From positions 1-64,000 of the forward strand of contig DF237033.1 of the NCBI GenBank assembly GCA_000708835.1: a DNA stretch of 64,000 nt. The letters run 5' to 3'. Shown here one piece after another: positions 51,901 through 63,731 of this stretch. Origin of the DNA: Klebsormidium nitens (lineage: Eukaryota > Plantae > Klebsormidiophyceae). Below the pieces are notes generated by a model that was not told the origin of the DNA, did not search any database, and saw only the letters and a list, made by a program, of their open reading frames with translations. The stretch's first letter is position 1. Each line of letters opens with the position of its first letter. The position numbers were made by a program, and so were the translations under genes.

Positions 51901-53785
51901 AGTTGGAAGTATCAATACTGCTTGACCTGGTTAAGCAGTCCCAGCAAGGAGCTCGGTCTTCGCAACACCTGTCTCCTACCGGAAACACGACCAGCTTTTG
52001 TTTGTCTCCCGTTTGTCTGGAGGACAGCGAGAGAGTCCTGAATGATCTGAACCGGCTTCCTTAGCAGTACATCTCTTGATCTCCCATGTGCGCAGCGCAT
52101 TGCGCTACTCCGTAATGCAACTTGACCCCTTTCGGTATCAGCTATGCTCAAGGCAGTGATGCCGAATTAGTGCGACATTTGACGTTATGGACTTTTCTGC
52201 AGGTCTGGCATACTCAATGACACGGAGTGTCTGTACTCTTTTGGGACGTTTGGTGCAGAGGAGGAGACAACTCTTGATACTCTGATGAGGAGACTTATGG
52301 TCACGACGCCTGTCTTGTACTCAATGGGCTTAAGTGTTTGGTCAACAATTTTGCCCTGAAGGTCATGCCGGAACTTTTCATTTTTTTCGAAAGGTAACCT
52401 CACTCGTTAGTATTCCCACTGATTTGCAGGCTTGCTAGTCTGCTTCTTCTCCAACTTCGCAAACAATTCAAAGAAACCGAACATCGAGAAGAAAAGTGGT
52501 CACCCCAGCTCTCACCTATTCACACTGTCCAAGTCCTTGCAATCGTCCAGATGCGGCGTCCTTGGTACCGCCTCCCCCAATCCCGCCACGTCATCACTGT
52601 ACACGTCATCAACGTTGTAGGCTTCCGCCCACGCCGCCAACAAGGCCCTCACTTTCTCCTCTAGCTCCTGCTCTTTCTGACTGGGCCCTGTTTCCGTCTC
52701 AGCGGTCCCCTCGTCTTCTGCCGGGGACAGCTGGCGAGCGGGAAGGTCAGTTTCTGCCGGCGACAGCTGGCGGGCTAAGGGGTCTGTTTCGGTGACGTTT
52801 TGTGGGGCTTGGAGGGTAACTAGAGCCGCGACTTGTTCCGCGCTGAAGAGCATTTTGGCGCCGTCTGTGGAAGCGATCTCGTAAGAGGAGTTGGTGGCGG
52901 CGAGAAGCAACTGGACCTGAACGGGATAAAAAAAAAGTGGTTTGAGAACATGGTCTGGCTAAACCAGATACAGTTAACGGTACAGTGCCATGGTGCCCGT
53001 TTGAAAGGTTCTAAGCTGGGTGCAAAAGGCTAGCTGACAGCTGGAACAAGACCTGACCTGATCCTGGGTTTGCCACATCAACTGGGTTCCAGAGTTCACT
53101 TGGCACATCAACTTGCATATCGGTTTTAGAGGCCTGCATTGTATGGTGGTGCAACAGCTGGTTTGTTGACCCGCGTTAATCACCAAATTTTTGGCATCAG
53201 TATTGGAGTTGCATTGACCGAGCTCAGGTCGGCCCTTAACTTCAAAAGTTCCCCAACGCGCTTCAAAGATTGTCAGCAGACAACTCTCGCGACGCTCAAA
53301 CCTTTTCTTCATTTCCGCTCAAACCAGCTTTGGACTCGAGCAGAGCGTAACTCTCCAGGGTTGCCGCTTATGGGAGCTTTGAACCCAACAAAACACCTGA
53401 CCTTTCTTTTGAGGGAGCTTTGTTGGATGCAGCATTAACAAACTCGGGACATTAAAGCTCAGCATTGGCACTGTCAACCCTCACTGATCATATCTGGAAG
53501 CTCGCAACATTTTCTATAAAGTAATGTTATCATTCAGTTCCTTACCTGGTCCAGTGTGAACATGCCCCCCTCAGTTGTCCCCTCAGACTCCTTCCAGCCC
53601 CCAGCTGGCGGCAAAGTCGAGAACCGCGCCTCAAGGTTCAGAAACAGGAGCGCAGCCAGAGAGACTGCCATGACACATGCTGCCACAGTCAGCGGGTTCA
53701 TGCCCTTCCCCGCGGCCGGGCAGGATCTAGAGCGGGGCGGAGACAGAAACCCGTTGTTCCGGGAGGGTACTCTTTCTAGCCCCAT
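46000..53785 (-). CDS. Type II membrane glycosyltransferase-like protein, alpha-1,6-fucosyltransferase (FUT8/GT23)-like, At3g26950 family; 9 exons, ~662 aa
   Basis: Exons (minus): 53546-53785, 52516-52916, 51539-51710, 50387-50487, 49968-50122, 49058-49226, 47791-47986, 46895-47143, 46000-46305. All GT-AG, phase-consistent, 1989 nt. N-terminal TM helix. Family motifs recalled from plant homologues: PRTPHLDDC, LTRRVQRDLWMHQHPRDC, YDRADHDGC, WSCYFAPETS, IWGKPW, RRWWRSQATRYLMR, LHIRQGDK, GSTWSLLID. Confidence 0.9.
47987..49057 (-). repeat. Intron 6 of the FUT-like gene: donor echoes (about 4) and acceptor echoes (3)
   Basis: Plus-strand cagaagtgcggcgggtggtccgt-like copies at ~48915, ~48810, ~48705 and ~48590. 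Acceptor echoes with exon-start equivalents 48104, 48251, 48384 (real start 47986). Confidence 0.9.
49609..49967 (-). repeat. Intron 5 of the FUT-like gene: ~165-bp tandem units, each an intron segment plus an exon-5 3' end copy
   Basis: Echoes at 49803-49868 (GTGAG donor) and 49639-49705. The intervening intron segment (ccaacctgacttccgaatgaagaa...) is also duplicated. Confidence 0.93.
50590..51538 (-). repeat. Intron 3 of the FUT-like gene: exon-3 donor echoes and one exon-4 acceptor echo
   Basis: Donor echoes end at 51346 (GTAAG intact) and 51173 (ATAAG), with a partial copy at ~50960-50990. The acceptor echo at 50590-50670 is nearly identical to exon 4 but its AG is changed to GG. Confidence 0.9.
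52716..52787 (-). repeat. In-frame 36-bp tandem duplication in FUT-like exon 2 (ARQLSPAE x2)
   Basis: ttctgccggggacagctggcgagcgggaaggtcagt / ttctgccggcgacagctggcgggctaaggggtctgt. Confidence 0.9.
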
Positions 53786-56700
53786 GCTGCTAGCGGAGCT
53801 TCACCCTCCCCCCACAAACAAGTGCTACCGCAGCATTGCAATTGAATTCAAGCTGAGGCCGCTGATTCTCTAACAGTGGATGCAGCTTGTGATTTGCAGG
53901 TGCTAGTGTAGAGCTCCGTGCAGCGTGACCTATTAGGCTTACAATTGCATATCTACGCTTTCTGTTAGATCTGGCCAGTGCAAGTTTAAACTCTTCTTCA
54001 CAGAAGCTGAAACTTGTCCTTAGGCGAATGGTGACATTCAGCAGATTCAGCACATTACATGCGCAAGGCAGAGTAATGTCAGCATTTCCTTATCGATTCT
54101 CAGAAAGCTGCTAAGTGCAAGATTGAGTTTACTTCGCTGACAGGATGACAAGGTTCAATGCTTTTAGGCTCGCTCAGACTCCCACAGTGCTGATCGATCC
54201 AGAATGATCCAGACTCCAGCAGTCGCCCTGCAGACAATGCTGTGCGATGACTCCAACGCTAAGGCGCTCAGACGTTCCCTCAGCCGCTCGCTGCCTTTGT
54301 TGAGAATGATCAGGCGACTGCCAGATAGCCCGCTAACAATTATCTCTTGATTGCAGCGGGGGCTGCCACACAGATCTTGTGATGAGAAATGTAGTAGGAA
54401 TATGAGAAAAGAACCTGCCATAAGGAACCTGTGCATAGGAAGAGTGGAAAACCTGTAGAATATTATGTGCACACATCATGGCATCATCGGAGACACTCTA
54501 ATTTACCGTAACACCGTACCTAGGTTCGCACAGGTAGGACCTCCGGTACGCAAAGCAATCCGAGGTGTTTCAGCTGACGGTCTGAGATTCCATGGTGCAC
54601 GGAATCTTGCTCAAGGAAGTACATGCCGTAGGCTGTAGCTACCATGTGTACGGTAATTGTACTCGTTTTAGCCGGCTGACCAAATCAAACTCGGATACAG
54701 CGCGCGCCATCAAGCTATGGCCAAGCTTCGGACCGTCGATCGATAGTCTCCTCATGTATATCCGTCCGATGCTCCTGAACTTTTAAGTTCTGACACGTGC
54801 TCTAAACTACTCTACGTCCGGATGTTTCAGTTCAAACCTCGCGCTAGAGCGCGCCGGCGAACCAGGAGCCCGGGCGCGGGCCGCGGCGAGCCGCGCGCGC
54901 AATCCAGTGTAAACGTACCTGCCTGAGTAAAACGTAGCTGGCGCAAATAATATATGCGCTCGCTTATCAGACTGCTTCAAAAGTGATGGTGGCCGCTTGC
55001 ACTAAGGTGAAAACCGGGCAGTTGTGCCGTCGCTGGGTTTGGGTTGAAAATGATTGTATACTACCGTGAAAGATGAAAAGAGTGAAAGTGTGTTGGCAGA
55101 GATTCAATATTGGGTCAGCAATGGGTGCGCGAGTCCGATATCAGCTTCTCGAGAGTCTATCACTTGCTTCAATCGCCCCAAGTTTCATTGAAGAAGGCGT
55201 AATAGCTGAGTAAGCACGCAGCGACGGTAAAGCACATTTTGACGCTCGAGCATCGCCGCGACAAGAACGTTACAGGGTAATTCTAGGCGACCGGCAAGCA
55301 GTATCCTGGTTGTTGCAGTCGCTCTGTGACGTCAATTCAGACGCATCTGAATACGCGCTCTTTGAAGCCTGGGTGCAGAAGAGAGTTCCACCATTTTTCC
55401 CTCCTGATAATTGAGATCTGAGCAGTCTTCTGCTCCAGTACCTCGAACCATAGGCCCATGATTGGAGCGCGAGCAACATCCTGTGGTCCCTTGCGTTCAA
55501 CATCGAGCTATATGCATTGAATTTTTAGCTGGCGCAAATCGAATGCGTCTTCCAGCACCGAAATCAGTGCTCAAGTGTGCATGTCTCGAAATTTTGAAGC
55601 CAGACTCCGAGCTGTCATTGGGAATCCAAAATTTGGCGGAGTGTACAAGAGCCTGATCTGAGTTCGATTGACGTGCGACCATTGTGAGCGCTTACCGGCC
55701 TTCAAGAAGTTGCGCTAGGCTACTGATTTTCGATCCCTTGAACATATGAAGCGGCTACACTGGATTCTAAAAGCGGAAGAGCAGGCGTGCAATGCTTTAT
55801 CCGAATTACGCATCTTCTGGAGTTAGAATCTTAGGAGTGTTATACGTGGGCATGTATTCTGGAGCTGGTTATTTGTACAGATCCGAGATGCACCGCGTTT
55901 GCTAATGCCGTATGGTGCACGTTGACTTGCGCGTCTATTGTTTCATATATGATCTGACAGCTTGAACCAGAATCCACCTGATTTGGACAGACAAATCTCG
56001 GACAGTTAGCAGACATGGATGAATGGATACGAAGTCACATGCGTTGGGCAATTTTAGTCTTCTTTAATGCAAGAGAATCTTCGCACATGTTGCGGAAACG
56101 TTTTGGACCAACAGATTGGACTCTTTGTAAAGGGACGCATATGTTGTCCAGATGGGAATGATATAAACATGTTCCGGACACTGTATATATGCTGTCTGTA
56201 GGCTGTCCGAAAGAGGTTCAAAACAACTTCGATGGCGATCCGACGCCTTACGGTACGGGTCACACGTGATTTTCGAAAACTGTCCAAGCAAGGTCACCGC
56301 TCATTCGGTGGCAAGTCCGTCGAAGGCAAAAATGGGTGCCCTTCGCGAGTATGCAAACTTACATCAGATAGCTGTCTACAACTTTTGTAAACAAGGGCCG
56401 ATCGCGATCTTACTTGCGCCGCATTCAAATGTGGCAGGAGATGTGCAATCTTAATGATCTGCGCTGTCCTGAACCTTTCAGTGGAGCTCTTGATGGCAAT
56501 TTGTCGACCATGTCTGCACGTCGTTTCATCCGGATAGAGATCTCATTACCACCAGACCTCAGTAGCTCGACTGTAATCATTACTACAACTGTAGGCCTGA
56601 GCTACTTTTAGGGCGACGTGTGTTCCGGAGAGACTTCTACGAATGCTCACGGGGCAAGTTTACTTTGCTTTACCCCGTGCGTGCTTGGCTAGGCGCTTCA

Positions 56701-59222
56701 AGGTCCAACGAGCGTGAATGGTCAGACAGATATGCCATCCACAGTCTTAACAATAAATCAGAATACCCAATCTGGAACCTGGCCGCCCGGTAGGAAATTA
56801 TGGACAAGTTTCCCGCGAACAGCTGCGCCGAAAAGAAGCCCACAAAGAGAGGAGATCTCCGATCTACCCAGCTGTTTATCAGCGGCTTTAGAAGCAAGCG
56901 CATAGATTGAGGACTAGGCAGCAAGAAGAAGCCCACGAGAGACAAGATAAGGCAGTGGTCGTAGAGCTAGTCTCTCTCAGTACTGCCAGACACTTGGGCC
57001 GCCGAAAAATGCTCTACCCTACCAGCAGGGATAATGTTAATGTTCAAAAGTAATAAGCGACCCGAAAACTCTGGGACTTCCGCGCGACTTTACAAAGGTG
57101 CTGGCACCATGACAATCGCTGTGACTACGAATGATATGGCTTGGGGTCTTCAACGGGCCCTTTGGCCCTTCAAAAAGATACGGACTCGTGTTGCCCGACT
57201 CGAGGTTCTGTTTTTCGATCGAAAGCTGCAAAAATATAGGTACTAGTAAGAGTAGACTGCAGGGAGTGTCGTCTTCTTATCTCCAAGACATTGCTGCCAA
57301 CAAAACGGAGCATGAAAACGATTTTTCTCGTGCCGCCAAGAAACTCGAAGGGCTGAGAAGGGCGCTCGAATGGAGAAGTAAGGAAAAACTCAGCCGTAGC
57401 AGCTCAGTGCACGACGGGGGCCAAAGTTTGTCTCGTCCGTTCGGTATACGGTATGACGGTATTAGGCGCCCATTAGGCGGTGATGCACAGAACGTCCACT
57501 GAGGACTTTTAAAACAATTAACTTCTGCATATTTTGCAGTAATTGATCTGGAGGTGGAATCACTTATACTGACGAAGTTGCGAACCTTCGGTTAAGTCCA
57601 GTACGAGGTTCAGCAGCGAGTTTCATGTGTACCTAGTTCCGCAGTCGCACTGTACTTGTTCAATTCGGATAACTGCCGTGGAGCCGTGCTCCTATGCTCC
57701 GGCCCCTAGAAACCAACATCAACAATAGGATATAGAGAAGGCACGAGACGTCCGCTCAGACGGAGTAGTCACCAAATAACTCCTCGTTATGCATATGTGT
57801 CCACACTGGCGCTGGGCCTGCCAGGCAGACGTGCTACTTGCATTGGCACTCTCAACAATAGTCGACGATCAGGAGTCGATGCGCGCGCGCGGCAGCTTCC
57901 TAGTCTTCCTTTGTTCCTTCATGCCTAGTTACATAAGACTGTAGCACGTCCCTGGCCCTGAGAATTCGAAGTCCCGGCCCGCTTCAGTGGGCACGAGAGG
58001 AATGCCAAGAGAAGATCGAATTCTGTCAACCTAACAGCGAAAGTTCAATATTCGCCTTGCTAACGGCCGCTCAACGTCACGCCCACGTCCGGTCGGACGC
58101 TCATTACGGTTGGCTGCGCCTCCCAGCAGTCGGAGTCGGCATGCAATGATTGGGCAGGCGGCCATTATTTCGGCCGTACATCTGCAGCGCGAAAGCTGAC
58201 ATCATAAATGTCCGGGTACTCGGCGTTCCGAACACTTCCGCATATGCCCGAGAAGCTTTTTAAGGGGCGAACTAGAGTGACGGTATCCTCTATGGACCTC
58301 GTTTCGGTATGGCTCAGTTCCTGCAGAAAGCAGCAGCCTGAAAGGAACTACCGAAAGGAAAGATTCCTTACCGAGATTCGAATCTTTTCGCCTTTGTACG
58401 AAGTTCCACGATCGTTGCAAGTGCCAGCTTAGATTCGCAGGTACGACATTCCAGTTTCAGGAGGATTCAGCACTCGGGAGACTACACCTAGAACGTACAC
58501 AGGGCCTGCACGGAAAAAGTCAAGCCATTGCACTGCTGGCGCTGCTTCATACCGGCAAAAGTCATAATAGGCGCTCAAGAGTATGACGCGCGGCAAAGGG
58601 CTGCCTAGCTAGGCAGCCTACTAGACTTTGAAACAGTTTGAGCAATGGGCCGGGCTCGTCAGCTGGAGACGTAGCTGATCGAATCGTGCTGCTTGAAGCT
58701 ACATCACGGAAATATCGGCAGCAACAGCAGCTTGCAAATGTCGCCCGCACGACCAGAACGCTGGGACTCCTCGACTCGGAACTATTACTGCCAGCTTGCC
58801 AGGGGCCGGCATAATATCTGGATATATTTCATCATCAAAGGAAATACCTGCAACAGTTAGCACCGCCCAGGCCGAAATTGATTCTGCCCTCGACGTATGA
58901 TCAGCTTCCGCCCCGTTCAAAAATACTTCGCAAGTTGCTGCATTCCAGCACGCAAATTTGTAGGACTGTCAGCTTCTCAAAGCTCGTCACATGATTTCTT
59001 GTAACTTGCGCGCTCTCTCAACACTGAAATCGCCCACAAGAGCCAGCAAAGAGGCAGGGCTCAGATCACACTCAGCCCGCCCGTGCCGCCGCCTAGTGCA
59101 GCTTCTTGCTTGTCGCGGTTCGGCTCTAGCCTCGAGCTCGCTGCCTGCATTGAGCAAGGCGCCCCTTCACTGATCGAGCTGATCCCAAGAAACTGTCACG
59201 TAATTGGTGATCGACAAACGCG

Positions 59223-62200
59223 ATGGCGATGGAGGGCAGTCACATGACCAAGCCAGTGAGCAAGGTGGCTGCTGTGGAAGAGGATGACTTCGAAACGGGG
59301 GAGGTGGCCTCGAAGCAATACAGTTCGAACCCACTCGTGGCGTAAGATTTCTCAAGCAGTATTTTCTAGAGGTCTGCAAAGGTTTGGAATCCTTCCCAGC
59401 ATCCAAATTGATATGTTTACAGTGAAGTACCACTAGCAAATAGTGAGAGGCTCTCCAACCTGAGGAGGTCAGGGTAATTCAGTAAACTTGTGTTGTTCAT
59501 CAAGGGTTCGAATGGATGAGTGCACAATACGAACTTTCCTTGAGACCTCCTTAGAAGGAATCCTCAGTCTGGGCTGATCTTTGAAAGCTGACTCTGACTC
59601 TGCTTTGATCAAGTTACAGTCGGGGCACCATTCAGAACGGAAGATTTTTCTCAAATTGAATCGTTCTATTTCGAAGTGGCCATCAGATGAGATGCTTTCG
59701 AGCTGTGCGCCCCAGATTTGCCTTTGCAATCATCTGCCTGTGGTGCTTTTTCTAAACCGCAAGTACAGTTTGTAGACCAAGATTTTTCAGATGTTGCTTG
59801 AACAGTCTTGCGTACAGATCAGTTGTGCTGGTAGTTCAAGCTAGGCACGTTAAAGGGCTTGAGACACACTCGTGATGGCACGGCATGTAAAGAAAGACCG
59901 CAGGTTTTTGGATGGGGGTTTGAATCGATTGCACTTGCATAGCCCCACATTGAAGGCCTTTCAAAAGAACAGAATGTTGACATTGAAAAGTGACCCCAAA
60001 ATGCAGTATTCGTCAATTGGTTGATCTCTGCTAAGAATATAGTTGCTTTCGTTTCCGCTTCCCACTGTCTATTGAAGAACCGGAACAAAGGAACAAAGTC
60101 AGAATGTTCCTTCGCGGTTTGCCTGAAAATTTTACACCTCTCTGTCAATCTCTAGTTTGGAAGAGCCATTAGCAAGACGACCTCTGTAAGGAACGAAAAG
60201 AACCGCTCGCATAGTCTTCTTGAAAGGGAGGTTTGGCTTCTAACCAGGCTGACTTATCAGCCTTTATTCTAGCTGCTTGATGCACCTACAACTGGACTTT
60301 TGACCTTGTTACACTTCTGCTTACTACCCACCTCTCATTTTATGAACCAGCGTCTAACCAGCCCTTGACCAATCAGTATTCTGCTGCCCAAAAACCTTTT
60401 GTTCCTCTCCCTAACTACGCAGGTTTCCCCAATGGGTCCTGTTTTTTCAAATTGTGGCGCCCAGTCTTTGCCCATCAATTGGCAGGCTCCTCAAACTTTT
60501 TTCCTTGACTATTCAATTTCATCTTCGAAAGTACTTTCTTCTTCCTCCTTAACCACTCTTTTTTCTTCCTTAACTACGCAGATCTGTCCAATGGGTCCTC
60601 TCCTTTGTGGTACCCGGACTGGGCATGTTCTCAGAGGCCTACTTCATCTTCTCCCCTTAACCATCCTCTCTTTCCTAACCACTCGTTTTTCTTCCTAAAC
60701 TACGCAGGTTTGTCCAATAGGTTCTGTCCTTTGTGGTGCCTGGACTGGGCATGTTCTCAAAGACCTACTTCACTTCTCCCCGTAACCATCCTCTCCTTCG
60801 CTTCCTAACCACTCTTCTTTCTTCCTTAACTACGCAGGTCTGTCCAATGGGTCCTCTCCTTTGTGGTACCCTGACTGGGCATGTTCTCGGTGGCCTACTT
60901 CATCTCTTCCCTTAACCACTTTTCTCCCTCTTCCTAACCACTCAGTTTTTTTCGTAACTACGCAGGTTTGTCCAATGGGTCCTCTCCTTTGTGGTACCCG
61001 GACTGGGCATGTTCTCAGAGGCCTACTTCATCTTCTCCATTGGCAACGTGACGAGCATCTTCCAAAAGGAGTACCCCAAATGCTGGGGCACTAAGTCGCA
61101 CCCGCTCTGCAGCTCACGGCTCGTCAACTCCACAACCTATACCCAGGCAAGCACCCAATCTTGAGAAGACTTGCACAATACTGCGCTATGCAGAATGACT
61201 TTGTAATTGCAGTTATAAGATCCTATGAAAAGGGCCGAGTCTATACTTGAGGAGCGAAGTTGCTCTATTCTCCAGTTGGGCAGTTCCTGCTTTGGGAATC
61301 AAATGTGACCTGCAGAGCTCGAAAAAAGCGTCGTGTTGATAGAAAGATGTAGCCAGGACCGACTTCAAGGCCACTTTCTTTAGTACTGGCGGGGAGGCAC
61401 AAGTTCAACCTGAGCGCTAATCTTAGAAAGGGACTTTGCAGTTGAGATTCTGATCTCCAAAACGGTGCAACTCTTCAGAGCGCCCATGGGTTTTCATAAG
61501 GGGACTTTTCATACGGACCGGATCTCTTCATGTCATTCTTAACACCGTCTTAGAACTGCATTTATTATCTGTAGTGTTGGACCCACGAGGAACTCTATTT
61601 TGAATCTCAGAAACTCAACACGGCCTCGCGTCAGGCCAATAAGATGCTAGAAACACTCTAAATACTGGACCATTCTTCAATTCCCACACTTGAGCCTAAA
61701 CTTGGATGTGACCAGTCCAAGACTTCGTCTGGAACTCGCTGAGGAGAGAAGATGAGAAGATGATTTTCGGAAGAAGAGGATTCGAGTGTCTGATTGTCGT
61801 GAGCTGCTATTTGCGAAGCAGAAACTTACCATAGGATTCCGCTTTTATTCATGGCCATTTCAGCCCCTTGGCCAGTAAACTGCACAACGGAAAGTGACCG
61901 AAAAGGATTGACTGGTACCTCTTGTCCCCGGTTGTAGACTCCCTGATGCACCAGATCAGGATCCAGATTCAAAACGATCTTACAATGAACTCATGACCAA
62001 TTCCAACCGAAAAGTTCCCTTTCCACAAACTATTGAAAAGAATTCTTGCTCTGCTATTTTCGGGCTTTCTTCTCATTTCCGCTACTTATTCGAACTCTTG
62101 CAAACGAGTAAAAAGATTGAAAGGCAGTTTCTGTAATAGAATCGACCGGAGGCGTACAAGAGAAACGTCCGTTCTTAACCTTGACCCAGCTTTGGGAAAA

Positions 62201-63731
62201 ACACCGACTGCCAAATTTCCTTCCTCATATCTGCCTTTCTCGTAATCCTCCCTTCCTCTACAAACGAGAATCGGTCTTAACAACGGTTCGTGAATCACTC
62301 TGCCTCTCTTTCTCGCAGGTTGCCAACCAAAAGCGCTTTCGGCGACAGCAAGCCCCCTTTCTCAGAGACCACATCCGCTCTAAGAATTGATCGACCTCGC
62401 TTAGATCAATACCAACTGCAAGTCTCCTTTCTCCGTCTCATTACTCCCTGCCTCTGCTTTAGACGTTCTTAGAAACGGGTCTCGATTTACTCCGCCTCTT
62501 CTTCTCGCAGGTTGCGGGCATCATGGCGGGCATGGTCTTTATCGGTTTCTTCGCGGACCGCCTCGGCCGCAAGCGCGGCTCCATTCTGTGCGCGAGTATC
62601 ATGCTGCTCGGAGCCGTCATGCTCATCGTGTCGGACGGTCCGGACCAGAAGGGCATACTACTCATGTACACCATCTCGCAGGTACGTACCGCTTTGAAGC
62701 ATCGAAGAAAGGTCGAATGATAAGCCGAAACGATACGACGCAACCGCAATAAGAAGGTCAGGGTTATTTCGGGGAATGGCTTTGGTAGGGGCGTGCAGCA
62801 AGTGCTTTTCGGGATAATGGGTTTCTTACCAGTCGAACCGTATTCGGATATCTTTTGAGATTCGTCTTTAATCAAGAGGATGTCTACGTCCTAGCTTGTG
62901 ACTTTGCAGCGACTTCGACTTCAGAAGAAGTCGTTACAATATTCGCGACGAAAAACTCACGTGCCCCCTTTCATCGGGCTGTCCATTAAGAGAGGCACAA
63001 TGAGCAGAAGGGCACCGATGCTGAAGGCAGGCGTTACGGGTCACACGAAGCTTTTCTTAAAACCTCAGAGCTGCACATTCAAGTAACTTTTACGCGGAAG
63101 GCCTTTGCACACTCTTGCGAAGGATCAGTACGTCTCGAAAGCTGCACAGTCAAGTTCTCTCGAGTCTGCCTTTTCCAGAGAAACCCGTCTTTACTTCAGA
63201 ACCTCTGACCTCTGGCACAGCTGGTCTTAGATTTGGGCTTGAGGTGGATAAGCCCCGCCGCTTCCACTTCAGGGTTTGTATTGTTTGCTCCGCACTCTTC
63301 TAGAAAAGCCCACGTCTACGTCGCATCCTTGTAAGAAACTTCTGGCTGCTACCAGGCTATCTTAAAGACTATCAGTCTCAAATTATAGCTCAAAGCCCTG
63401 CTACTTAACCTGGCCTCCAAGGCTGGTTATCGCCCAAGTCTGTTTATTGGACATGTCTCCACTTTCTTGTCGACTCATAACAAAGCATAGTTAACAGCCA
63501 AATTTCCTGTGTTTGCAGCTGGTTTTCGGTTTGGGCGTGGGGGGTGAATACCCCGTCGCGTCATCGTCCGCGGCCGAGCGCGCGGAGGCCGACAAGGCGC
63601 TGCAGGACCGCCGCGGCGAGACGGTCGTGCTGACGTTTTCCATGCAGGGCGTCGGCAACGTTGCTAACGTCATCGTCCTCATGATTTTGCTGGCGGCGTT
63701 CAACCAGAACGGCCCGACATACGATCCCACG
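59223..63731 (+). CDS. MFS inorganic phosphate:H+ symporter (PHT1/Pho84/algal PTA-like), 5' part; continues beyond the window
   Basis: Exons: 59223-59341, 60966-61146, 62511-62681, 63519-63731 (228 codons, phase-consistent; intron 2 is GC-AG). Motifs: PGLGMFSEAYFIFSIGN, GFFADRLGRKRG (MFS motif A), GLGVGGEYPVASSSAAE, RRGETVVLTFSMQG. Confidence 0.9.
60400..60965 (+). repeat. Four acceptor-junction echoes (~128-bp period) upstream of phosphate transporter exon 2
   Basis: taactacgcag|GTTTGTCCAATGGGTCCTCTCCTTTGTGGTACCCGGACTGGGCATGTTCTC... copies with starts at 60423, 60582, 60708, 60838; the real start is 60966. Confidence 0.95.
61147..62510 (+). other. Non-canonical GC-AG intron
   Basis: The exon reads ...STTYTQ (ACCCAG) then GCAAGC. 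The next exon starts VAGIMAGM in phase 0, and no in-frame GT donor fits at that position. Confidence 0.75.
62265..62330 (+). repeat. Acceptor echo upstream of phosphate transporter exon 3
   Basis: ctctgcctctctttctcgcaggttgc (~62298-62324) vs the real ctccgcctcttcttctcgcaggttgc (~62490-62515), with similar upstream sequence. Confidence 0.7.

Noticed and set aside
55062-55081. taccgtgaaagatgaaaaga resembles a conserved LSU rRNA segment
   Set aside because: Only ~20 nt with a gap and no flanking rRNA similarity; compatible with chance.
55000-57500. Short ORFs (e.g. 57131-57502) and ggacag/ctgtcc inverted words as a gene or MITE
   Set aside because: No recognisable domain, the inverted matches are only ~8 bp, and no target-site duplication was seen.
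60400-61050. CRISPR-like or satellite reading of the regular repeats
   Set aside because: The units are contiguous ~128-bp copies of an intron/exon junction of a eukaryotic gene, with no unique spacers and no cas genes.
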